Virus record (IMG/VR): IMGVR_UViG_3300046820_000088
Location: 38,424 to 102,423 of that record
Origin: a virus
Length of the DNA stretch: 64,000 bases
Direction: 5' to 3' (one strand)
The position numbers and the translations under genes are program-made. Numbering within the stretch: the first letter of the stretch is position 1; every line of letters begins with the position of its first letter. The notes beneath the pieces are model-generated. The model was not told where the DNA came from. It ran no database searches and worked only from the letters and a program-made list of their open reading frames with translations. Of this stretch, positions 43,573 through 51,755 are shown piece by piece.

Positions 43573-44495
43573 TATAGTCTTGCTAATCTAGCTAATGTTG
43601 CGCTGAGATTAATTTCTGGATCGATTACCAAGGTATGGTCGACCATACCTTGTTTTAGGATCTGAATAGCTTTAAACTGCTTCTCGTCGTCACCGAAGAC
43701 TTCGATGTTATCATACAGCCATCTATAGATATCTCCCATATCATCGGCCTGTACTTTACCGCAAAGCATTTTTCTAGCCTCATTAATTTTGCCTGCTTTA
43801 AAAAGTTCAACCATGTCGAACTTCCATTCGGCAAGCCCCGAGTCACTCTTAGCAGGAGGATGCAGTTTTCCTTCACTGCAATTTTGTTGCAGTAGATTGA
43901 TACATTTTCTTAAATCTGGATATGTAGTTGACACATAGAGATCGAGATTGTCGAGATCGAACTCTATATTTTCTTCTACTAAGATAGTTGCGGCTCTTGC
44001 AGTAAACTCAGTTTGATCAAGTTTAGTAAAATGAAACTGCTGGCAGCGACTATGCAGTGCAGGAACAATACGACTAGGAGTGTTGCATGTTAAAATGAAT
44101 CTAGCAAATCTAGAATATTCTTCCATAACACCTTTGAGAGCATCTTGTGCCTCAGGGCTCAATCGATCAGCCTCGTCGAGTAGTACAACCTTAAACGGAC
44201 CATATGGAATCATCTGTACAAAGTTTGTAATTTTTTCACGTACAACAACACCGATACCCGTTTCTCGACTGGCGTTAATCTCTAACACATCGAATGGTTC
44301 AATACCAATCTCGTGTACTAACATTTTAGCCATAGTAGTTTTTCCAATACCAGGTGTTCCGCTCAGCAGTAGGTGAGGAATACTTTTGTCAGTAACCCAC
44401 GAACTAACCTGCCTTCTTTGTCCTTCGTCTCTCCAGACATATTCATCTAATGTTTTAGGTCTATATTTTTCAACCCATAGTTCTTTTATGCTCAT
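43572..44495 (-). CDS. clamp loader AAA+ subunit (gp44/RFC-like)
   Basis: WVEKYRP, GTPGIGKT, INAS, LDEAD, SRC. Confidence 0.93.
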   Translation of the reverse strand: MSIKELWVEKYRPKTLDEYVWRDEGQRRQVSSWVTDKSIPHLLLSGTPGIGKTTMAKMLVHEIGIEPFDVLEINASRETGIGVVVREKITNFVQMIPYGPFKVVLLDEADRLSPEAQDALKGVMEEYSRFARFILTCNTPSRIVPALHSRCQQFHFTKLDQTEFTARAATILVEENIEFDLDNLDLYVSTTYPDLRKCINLLQQNCSEGKLHPPAKSDSGLAEWKFDMVELFKAGKINEARKMLCGKVQADDMGDIYRWLYDNIEVFGDDEKQFKAIQILKQGMVDHTLVIDPEINLSATLARLARL

Positions 44496-44659
44496 ACCAT
44501 CTCCTCTAAAATACCAAGTCCCTCAGCAACAATAAGACTGGCACCACATAACACAGGAAACCCCATGATCAAAGCAATACCCGCGCCAATGCGGATAACA
44601 CTTTTTGCCAAGCTAACATAAAAATGTCCTCGGCTTGTATCCTTAGGTTGTATTTCCAT
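44492..44659 (-). CDS. small membrane protein
   Basis: SLAKSVIRI...AEGLGILEE. Confidence 0.65.
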   Translation of the reverse strand: MEIQPKDTSRGHFYVSLAKSVIRIGAGIALIMGFPVLCGASLIVAEGLGILEEMV

Positions 44660-45077
44660 TTTTAATCCTTTCTGCATCAACTACTCGTTGACGTAATTCT
44701 GTTGTTGAGAAACTATGCCTGCGTTCGTTAAAATGTAGGATTACATTATTATCGATACATTGGTATTTGCCAGTAAATTCAACATCTCGGTATTCTGCAC
44801 CTAGTATTCTAACATTTATAGGGTAACTAAGCAATATGTCAACTAGTTCTTTTTCCGTAGCATATACAACTACTTCGTCTACGTACTTACAAGCCTGTAG
44901 CTGTACATATCTTTCAAACACTGATTGTACAGGTTTGTTTTTATTAGGGCGATCGATAGTTGGATCAGTTTGTAATCCTACTATTAGATAGTCACATTGT
45001 TCTTTAGCTTCTTTGAGCATCATAATATGACCTGCGTGAAACAAGTCAAAGGTCGAACATGTAAATCCAGTCTTCAT
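44643..45077 (-). CDS. glycerol-3-phosphate cytidylyltransferase-like (TagD family)
   Basis: FDLFHAGH, SFSTTELR. Confidence 0.88.
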   Translation of the reverse strand: MKTGFTCSTFDLFHAGHIMMLKEAKEQCDYLIVGLQTDPTIDRPNKNKPVQSVFERYVQLQACKYVDEVVVYATEKELVDILLSYPINVRILGAEYRDVEFTGKYQCIDNNVILHFNERRHSFSTTELRQRVVDAERIKNGNTT

Positions 45078-45373
45078 TCTTCTTCCTCTGGTAACATTTT
45101 GTCAATAATAGGCTCGTCGCTGCCTGGAAAGTATGTAACATGATATTCTGTTTCACCTATCATGTAATAGTCAGTCCAGCTTTGCTGATTGTTAGTTTGT
45201 TTGTAAGGCTTAGTTAAATTTAGTAGAAGCATTGTATGCTGTTTCTCATCGCCCTCTAACGTCTTATGGGGAGGACCCATAACCCTACGCATGAACTCTT
45301 TGAGCTTTACAGGATCTTTCCGTAGCTCGGCTCCGTGAGCTCGTATACGTTTTAAATATTCTTCGTTAGTCAT
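45074..45373 (-). CDS. hypothetical protein
   Basis: Operon packing. Confidence 0.65.
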   Translation of the reverse strand: MTNEEYLKRIRAHGAELRKDPVKLKEFMRRVMGPPHKTLEGDEKQHTMLLLNLTKPYKQTNNQQSWTDYYMIGETEYHVTYFPGSDEPIIDKMLPEEEE

Positions 45374-45737
45374 TCTTTTTAAGGAACGGTGCAAGTTCAG
45401 GAGCCGTCCAACCTAATGGTTTGAGCACCTTGCCATCTTCGCGTTTGCGAACCTTACCTGTTTCACTATCGATCTTAGCAAAGTTAGTACGCATAACTTC
45501 TTTCCATGCGCCTTCGCCGTCTGCGCCCATTGAATGAATAGCACCAATAGTAACAACTAGAATATCGATTAGTGCATCAAGTGTTTCTACTTCATCACCT
45601 GCTGCCAATGCTTCTAGCAATTCTTTGTTTTCTTCTTGAATCAGTTTAACGTACATGTCAAACTGTGGGGTATCACCAGTGACGCTTTGGTCACAGGCTT
45701 TCATAAACTTCGCTTGATCACGGAACGGATTTGTCAT
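45366..45737 (-). CDS. MazG/PRA-PH-like nucleotide pyrophosphohydrolase
   Basis: LIQEENKE, LDALID, REDGKVLKP. Confidence 0.85.
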   Translation of the reverse strand: MTNPFRDQAKFMKACDQSVTGDTPQFDMYVKLIQEENKELLEALAAGDEVETLDALIDILVVTIGAIHSMGADGEGAWKEVMRTNFAKIDSETGKVRKREDGKVLKPLGWTAPELAPFLKKND

Positions 45738-46543
45738 TATAATTTCCTATGTTTTTTATTAATAGTTTCGACTTGTTGCATTAATTCAAAGTCGATATTT
45801 TTATCTAATGCTTCTGTTATTATAGCAGCTATGTCCTTAGGAAAACAAGCACCGCCCCAACCTTTCTGACCATCTGTTCCCGGAACATTTATATGAGTTT
45901 GTCCGATCCTGTTATCTAACGTTAATAGGTATTTGATGTCGTTCCAACTGGTATCCTGGGCATCGGCGAGTTCTTTAAACTCGTTCATAAAGGTTACCTT
46001 CATTGCTAGGTAACTATTCATCATGTATTTGAACAATGCCGCAGTCTGAATTGGAACATTAACAAATCTCTGGCCGCCTGGATTAACACATCTTCCCCTA
46101 CGCACGGTTACCTCGGCCTTAGAAGTCCAGTTGGGATGACCTCCCATTACTTGATACTCGGCAGTCTGGTAGTCAACGATATTATTAGCAGCCGTTAGGA
46201 ATTCAGGAATGTGAACAATGTTTGGATATTGTTGTTGTAAACGTACATACACGCTCGGAGGTGCAGTTGTTTTGCAGATGATTGGGATTTGTTTGTTGAT
46301 CAGAACAAACAAAAGATCTTTAAGAACTTGTTCTAAGATCGATGTATCGCATCGACCGTCTTCTAATGTAGGATCTACACACGGACTAGGAACGCAGACA
46401 AAAATAGCATCACATTTAGTTAGGTCTGCGTAGTTAACACTATCTGGATATTTTGGATCTTTGATTAGAATCTCATCGCTGTACTTATGAGCTTCTCTTA
46501 CGGCCTGTCCAACATATCCGTACCCTACAATGCCAATAATCAT
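45737..46543 (-). CDS. ugd: UDP-glucose/GDP-mannose 6-dehydrogenase (short form)
   Basis: GYGYVG, CVPSP, PEFL, KYMMNSYLA, GWGGACFPKD. Confidence 0.88.
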   Translation of the reverse strand: MIIGIVGYGYVGQAVREAHKYSDEILIKDPKYPDSVNYADLTKCDAIFVCVPSPCVDPTLEDGRCDTSILEQVLKDLLFVLINKQIPIICKTTAPPSVYVRLQQQYPNIVHIPEFLTAANNIVDYQTAEYQVMGGHPNWTSKAEVTVRRGRCVNPGGQRFVNVPIQTAALFKYMMNSYLAMKVTFMNEFKELADAQDTSWNDIKYLLTLDNRIGQTHINVPGTDGQKGWGGACFPKDIAAIITEALDKNIDFELMQQVETINKKHRKL

Positions 46544-46546
46544 ATA

Positions 46547-46786
46547 TTAAGACTTTAAAATCTTAATTATACGCTTTTGTTCTAGGTCTTTCAACCATGC
46601 ATCTTCCATTTCTCCGAAGTTTGGAGACTTCTCTAGTTCTCTATCTAAAACTTCTTTGATTAGATACAGGTCTTGTTTGCAGCCCCATTGGGTAAATCCG
46701 TCGTTGTATGAGCTGTTAGTTTCACGAGAGATACTGCGAATAGCATTCGCAATATCCCCAATGTCCCAGTTTTTTCTAAAGCCCAT
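46547..46786 (-). CDS. hypothetical protein
   Basis: TAATG coupling. Confidence 0.7.
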   Translation of the reverse strand: MGFRKNWDIGDIANAIRSISRETNSSYNDGFTQWGCKQDLYLIKEVLDRELEKSPNFGEMEDAWLKDLEQKRIIKILKS

Positions 46787-47181
46787 TACCTTGCACCAAA
46801 ATCCTCGGGACGGACTGTAATACTATCTCCGTTCTTAATTTCATTGCCTATATAGAAATCATTGGGCTCTTCGTCTGTTACTGCTAAAATAGCATTGACA
46901 TCGACTCTTTGTACTACTTTTGTGCCAGACCCGTCATCAATAGTGATTCCCCTGGTCCATCGTCCGTGTTCTACTAAAATCCATTGTCCAACATTAACAT
47001 CTTTTTGGTCAGGGCCTATACAATAGACCTTACCCCATCTAGGTTTAATACCGTGAGATTTTGCATTGTCACTTTGCACTACAATGCCACTAGCAGTTTT
47101 CATTTCTCCAAACTCCATGTCAGTGATGATAACATGGTCGTGCAGAGCTCGAATCTTGATATGCTTTACGTTGTAGGACAT
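46786..47181 (-). CDS. groES: GroES/Cpn10-like co-chaperonin
   Basis: IRALHDHVII, KTASGIVV, IGP, VNVGQ, ILAV. Confidence 0.85.
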   Translation of the reverse strand: MSYNVKHIKIRALHDHVIITDMEFGEMKTASGIVVQSDNAKSHGIKPRWGKVYCIGPDQKDVNVGQWILVEHGRWTRGITIDDGSGTKVVQRVDVNAILAVTDEEPNDFYIGNEIKNGDSITVRPEDFGAR

Positions 47182-47183
47182 TA

Positions 47184-47411
47184 TTAACCTTTCTTTCTAG
47201 GAGCTGTTTCTTCTGGTACTGCTCTTGGATTTGCAGAATAATAATCTTGTAGCAACTGTTCTCTGGTCTTAACAATCTGTCCGCCTGGTCCTAACTGGTC
47301 ACCACGAGCATTTACTTTCATGTTTCCCACTGCCGGCAACAGCTCGTTTTGAATGCTCAACTTTTCCATGTCTACTTGTTTGCCACGAAGGCTTGTGTAT
47401 GTCTTACCCAT
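47184..47411 (-). CDS. hypothetical phage protein
   Basis: AVGNMKVNARGD motif; GGAG RBS. Confidence 0.75.
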   Translation of the reverse strand: MGKTYTSLRGKQVDMEKLSIQNELLPAVGNMKVNARGDQLGPGGQIVKTREQLLQDYYSANPRAVPEETAPRKKG

Positions 47412-47883
47412 TTGTTTCTCCTTTGAAGAATTCTTCTATTGGTATGCTGTATTTAATACTGTCGATCTTATGGACCCCTATCAAATAGAGTGCATAACTA
47501 GCTACACTTGATCCACGCCCAACTCCCCAAACTATTTTATTTTTACGCAGAATATCTACAATATATTTCATGACATTTAGTACTTCAAACATATTGTGGT
47601 CTTTAAAGAGTGCGATCTCTTTAATAAGACGTTGACGATTTTCTTCCGGGCATTGCTCGTGTAAAAACTTTTCAATGTCGAGTGTTTTATAATCGTTTGG
47701 AATAAACCAGTTTTTTGAGTTGATAGAATCTGTTGGTACTGGATAATCTAAACGCTCTGTGAAGATTCTCTGTATATATGATTCTATTATTTGGGGATCT
47801 GTAACAGCATAGTTTAAAATATCAGGACCGTGACGCATCACACCTGCTACTAAATCATCTACGCTGTTAAGTTTAATCGACAT
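47404..47883 (-). CDS. DNA polymerase III alpha (DnaE)-like fragment
   Basis: RLIKEIALF...WGVGRGSSVASYALYLIGVHKID...IEEFF. Confidence 0.75.
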   Translation of the reverse strand: MSIKLNSVDDLVAGVMRHGPDILNYAVTDPQIIESYIQRIFTERLDYPVPTDSINSKNWFIPNDYKTLDIEKFLHEQCPEENRQRLIKEIALFKDHNMFEVLNVMKYIVDILRKNKIVWGVGRGSSVASYALYLIGVHKIDSIKYSIPIEEFFKGETNG

Positions 47884-48106
47884 TAATTAATTGATCCAAA
47901 TCGCCGCTGTCATTGCCTTGCATTTTTTGTCTGTAACGCTTTGACAGCTCTTCTTTATATATTGTAATGAATGTAGCGATTTGTGTCAATAGTTCAGGTT
48001 TACCTAAACGACTGGCAGTATAGTACTTCCTATTAAGTTCATTTAGCTTATCTTCAACTTCGTTATCTTTCAATAAGCTAAGATCACCTTCAAATGGATG
48101 TATCAT
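47873..48106 (-). CDS. hypothetical protein
   Basis: ATGA overlap. Confidence 0.7.
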   Translation of the reverse strand: MIHPFEGDLSLLKDNEVEDKLNELNRKYYTASRLGKPELLTQIATFITIYKEELSKRYRQKMQGNDSGDLDQLINVD

Positions 48107-48678
48107 TCAAAAGTACCGAGGTATCGAGCAAAGATATAATCAGTGCTGTGTTGCCAAACTTCAATAAATGTAGGATTGGTTGACGATGTTACTGATAGTG
48201 TAGTTGGAAATCCGGGAGACTTCATTAGTACAGTTCCTCCGGTAGTGATTAGGGACAGGACTCTTTCAGTATCATCTCCGTAGAGTTCTAATGTAACTTT
48301 ACCAACCCCATATCCGGGAACTAATGGATCAGAAGTTGTTGGAAAGTTTAAGAAATCGATATTGATACTTGAACCGATTCTATAAATCTGATAAGGCCCG
48401 TTTTCTAAATCTACTGTTAAAGTAGAAGTAATAGCCCCGCCGTCGAACTTTTTATCAACATTATTTTGAAATACAGCTCTACTGATAATTTTATTTTCAA
48501 AATCGTTGTCTTCGTTTAACTTTGCTGCGTTGGCCTGAAGGTCTGAAATTTCAGAAGCAGCAGATTGGAGACTTGATTTGATTGTATCAAAGTTATCTCT
48601 AAAGGTTTGAGTATCGTTGTCTTGTCCTGCTACAGGAAAAGTTTCGTCAATACTTGCGTAGTTAATAGCACTGGTCAT
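48103..48678 (-). CDS. virion structural protein
   Basis: FPVAGQDNDTQTFRDNF motif; in structural operon. Confidence 0.7.
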   Translation of the reverse strand: MTSAINYASIDETFPVAGQDNDTQTFRDNFDTIKSSLQSAASEISDLQANAAKLNEDNDFENKIISRAVFQNNVDKKFDGGAITSTLTVDLENGPYQIYRIGSSINIDFLNFPTTSDPLVPGYGVGKVTLELYGDDTERVLSLITTGGTVLMKSPGFPTTLSVTSSTNPTFIEVWQHSTDYIFARYLGTFE

Positions 48679-51143
48679 GGTAGTTTTTCTCCGCGTTGTG
48701 GAAACGCTAGGTATTTATTTTCTATCTCTCCGTCCAACACATCAATCAGATATCTGTCTGCTGTGAAGTTTAGAGATTTAAAATCGTATTCGCTGGCTTT
48801 AATCCTAGCAATAATGCCAGCTGATGTTCCAGGATTGCAATAGCATAATACAAGTGCTTTTACAAAACCAGTTTCGACAAAGTTGTTACTTTGGATACTT
48901 CTCATCCAAAGCGGTAGGAATTCTCGATCTCTTTCGCCTACAGCACGGATACGAGAACGCATATTTTTGATACTATTTGGAAATATTCGTTGATGATCGC
49001 TATCGCTAACTAACGGAATATCGCTGTCAATACTGATAGCATCGTAGCTGACCAAAACCTTACTATTGATGTTATTCGCTAACAAGACTGTGGACTGAAC
49101 ACTAGTTCCGTTTTTTTCAAGATCGTCGATAACATCGATGTAGACAACTTCGTAAATAGTTTCTTGAGTGTTTGGATCTTTTGCTTCTGCAGATTTGATA
49201 TTGCCGAACTTTAGTTGTTTTCTATAATGATTACGACTCATGGCCTGTACGTACTTAACAGCTTCGACACTTTCGATACCTGCAAAAACTAGAGTCTTTA
49301 ATTCTGTTTGGATTCCAAAGTTCGGATCGCCGTAACGATACAGTTCCGTACTTCTAAAAATATTAGCATTAGTAATAAAATCAAACCATTCTAATCTTTT
49401 TTCTTTTGTTTGGAATGCCTTAAGATATAGGTTGGCAAAAGTTTTGGTGTTGTCAGCAACTACGGTTACTGAAAACTCTTTTATAGATTCTGCAAAGTTT
49501 GCACCGTCTCTTGCTTTGATTAAAAATGTGTATTTTTTGTCAAAGCTAGTTGAACTTCCGTCGAAGGTAGTATTGTAGCTAAATGATCCGACCGAATCAG
49601 ATAGACTAGAATCTCTATCGACAAATCTAGTAAGACCACTACTGGTTGCATCTGCAAATTGCTTTACTTTACCTTCAATGACTCCGGTTGATAATAGCGT
49701 TAGTCCAGGTGGTAGTGTTCCACTAACAAACTCATAGGATGTTCGTCCTCCATAGAATAGACTATTTGCCTTAACAAACAGTCTACTTGGCTGATTGGGT
49801 TTTATTGTTCCTAAATCACTATCGCTTACCCATTCAATAGAACTTTCAATCTCTCCAATGATTTCGAGATTGAATGTTTTTTCTGCGCTTGAAACACCTA
49901 ATGTCCAATACTCCTCGTTGTTTTGCGGGGTTTGGTTTCTGTGTATTTTAACGCAAACATACAATAGATTTAGAAACTTAACAACATCGTTGACTTGATA
50001 AATCGTATAAGTATTCCAATCTCCTAACACATTGTAACCGGAGGTAGATAGTGTTGGGGGAAAGTTAATGGCCTGTAATGTAAACTGATATGATTTTGAT
50101 ACAGCACTTTGATAAGGAACACGACCTGCAATCTCTCCGGTAGATTGGTCTAATGTCATTCCTGGCGGTAGAATACTAGCAGACAAATCTGGATTTGTCG
50201 GCAATAACAAATAGGTAATCAGTCCGGTTAGTGAAGGAGGGTCGTATACGTCAAGGTATAGAGTTATATAGTTGTTGGCTCTATAACGACCTAAGTTGCT
50301 GTCAGTAATCCAAAGTGGCTTTCTATCGCTTGATGAGTCAGCTTGGAATATGTTGGTATCAACTTGTACAATACTGTTGTCTGCTTGTAGAAACTCTTCT
50401 GTAACTACATATATTCTAAACAATCTTCGAACTTCGTTTATACCGTCTGAAACACCTACTACAAATGAATAGAATCGACTAACTCTTTTAGGAGACTGGC
50501 TAGGTTCGTTGTAATCGAATGTAGTGTTATCATATAAGAATGTGTCAAAGCCGTTCGATTTTGATTCGGCTTTGTCTAATGGAAGTATGTCAAAGGCCTG
50601 CGCATCATATGAACCGGATGCACTGTTGTTAAAGTTGACAGCAAATATTGGATCAGTGAATCCGCTGATTCTCCCGTCCTTGCTAAGACTTAGTCCAGGA
50701 GGTAGTTCTCCTCCGCTAGGTACAATATAATATTCTAATGATTCGCCAGCAGTAAGGTCTGTATCAGTTGCCGACAGTTGAAAATCGACATGGGCATTGT
50801 CTAGTACAAAATAGGCATCTCCCGGGCCCACATTAAGAAATCCTTCTGGAGTTAGCCATCTAGGTAGGTCCGCACCATCTACGGATATTCCGAATGTTCT
50901 GTCTAGTACACTGATACCATCAGATGCTCTTATAACAAATCTGCTGTCTGTAAACTTTCTAACTTCGACCGGGCTTCCTTTGATAACTCCGTTATCTAAT
51001 CTTAATCCAGTTGGTAGATTTCCTGCAATGAGAGAAAAGGTTACATCACCTACCGTAGAAGTTGCTTCAAGTGGTATGCTAAGAATATTTCTCTCTATAA
51101 CAAGTCCCAGGTTACCTGCAGGAGTAATCCATGTAATGGCCAT
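48675..51143 (-). CDS. virion structural protein with putative Ig-like repeats (baseplate-associated)
   Basis: Repeated GxLPxGL/LPPGM Ig-like motifs. Confidence 0.75.
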   Translation of the reverse strand: MAITWITPAGNLGLVIERNILSIPLEATSTVGDVTFSLIAGNLPTGLRLDNGVIKGSPVEVRKFTDSRFVIRASDGISVLDRTFGISVDGADLPRWLTPEGFLNVGPGDAYFVLDNAHVDFQLSATDTDLTAGESLEYYIVPSGGELPPGLSLSKDGRISGFTDPIFAVNFNNSASGSYDAQAFDILPLDKAESKSNGFDTFLYDNTTFDYNEPSQSPKRVSRFYSFVVGVSDGINEVRRLFRIYVVTEEFLQADNSIVQVDTNIFQADSSSDRKPLWITDSNLGRYRANNYITLYLDVYDPPSLTGLITYLLLPTNPDLSASILPPGMTLDQSTGEIAGRVPYQSAVSKSYQFTLQAINFPPTLSTSGYNVLGDWNTYTIYQVNDVVKFLNLLYVCVKIHRNQTPQNNEEYWTLGVSSAEKTFNLEIIGEIESSIEWVSDSDLGTIKPNQPSRLFVKANSLFYGGRTSYEFVSGTLPPGLTLLSTGVIEGKVKQFADATSSGLTRFVDRDSSLSDSVGSFSYNTTFDGSSTSFDKKYTFLIKARDGANFAESIKEFSVTVVADNTKTFANLYLKAFQTKEKRLEWFDFITNANIFRSTELYRYGDPNFGIQTELKTLVFAGIESVEAVKYVQAMSRNHYRKQLKFGNIKSAEAKDPNTQETIYEVVYIDVIDDLEKNGTSVQSTVLLANNINSKVLVSYDAISIDSDIPLVSDSDHQRIFPNSIKNMRSRIRAVGERDREFLPLWMRSIQSNNFVETGFVKALVLCYCNPGTSAGIIARIKASEYDFKSLNFTADRYLIDVLDGEIENKYLAFPQRGEKLP

Positions 51144-51153
51144 TCTAGTTTCC

Positions 51154-51729
51154 TTAAATAGAACCCATATCTAAACTTGTATTGCTAGATGGTTGTTCCT
51201 CTCCGTCAACGATATTAATAAGACCAAAATCAATGTTAGCAGATGCTACTGCAAACTGAACAGGACCAATATGATTACCACTAAGTGGACCAAAATCGTA
51301 TGACTGTAATATAGTGTTGAGATCTAGTATTGAGTCAACGGTAACTACTCTCCCGGTAGCTGTTACTCTTAGATTATCTCCACCTTGAATAGTGATGTCT
51401 GTAGTTAGACTGTTAGCATCTGCAACTATTACGCCGGCATTAGTTGTAATGGATGTAAATGCGTCAGGTGCTGTCGAGCTAATAATAACAGCGTCTGAGG
51501 TTCCTGATAAAGAAACTTTAGTACCTGCTAACAGAGATTTAAACTCTAGATTATTCCCTGTCTTTTGTTTGAATAGCCCTTCGCCAGTTGCGCTTAGATT
51601 AGAAGCCGTAACAGTTATGCTATTGCCTAGTTCTGTAAAGTTGTCATTGACTTTTTGAAACGCTGTTCTTAGGTTATCGCCTAGTCCGTCATTGACCAGA
51701 TTACCGATGTTTATTGTTTGTATAGCCAT
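51154..51729 (-). CDS. baseplate/tail fibre connector-like protein
   Basis: INIGNLVNDGLGDNLRTAFQKVNDNF resembles T4 gp9/gp10 N-terminus; GTAAATA upstream. Confidence 0.7.
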   Translation of the reverse strand: MAIQTINIGNLVNDGLGDNLRTAFQKVNDNFTELGNSITVTASNLSATGEGLFKQKTGNNLEFKSLLAGTKVSLSGTSDAVIISSTAPDAFTSITTNAGVIVADANSLTTDITIQGGDNLRVTATGRVVTVDSILDLNTILQSYDFGPLSGNHIGPVQFAVASANIDFGLINIVDGEEQPSSNTSLDMGSI

Positions 51730-51755
51730 ATTGTTCGCTCTTTTAAATATTTACC

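Noticed and set aside
47404-47883. dnaE pseudogene
   Set aside because: Clean start and stop, overlaps with neighbours, and no frameshifted continuation in flanking DNA
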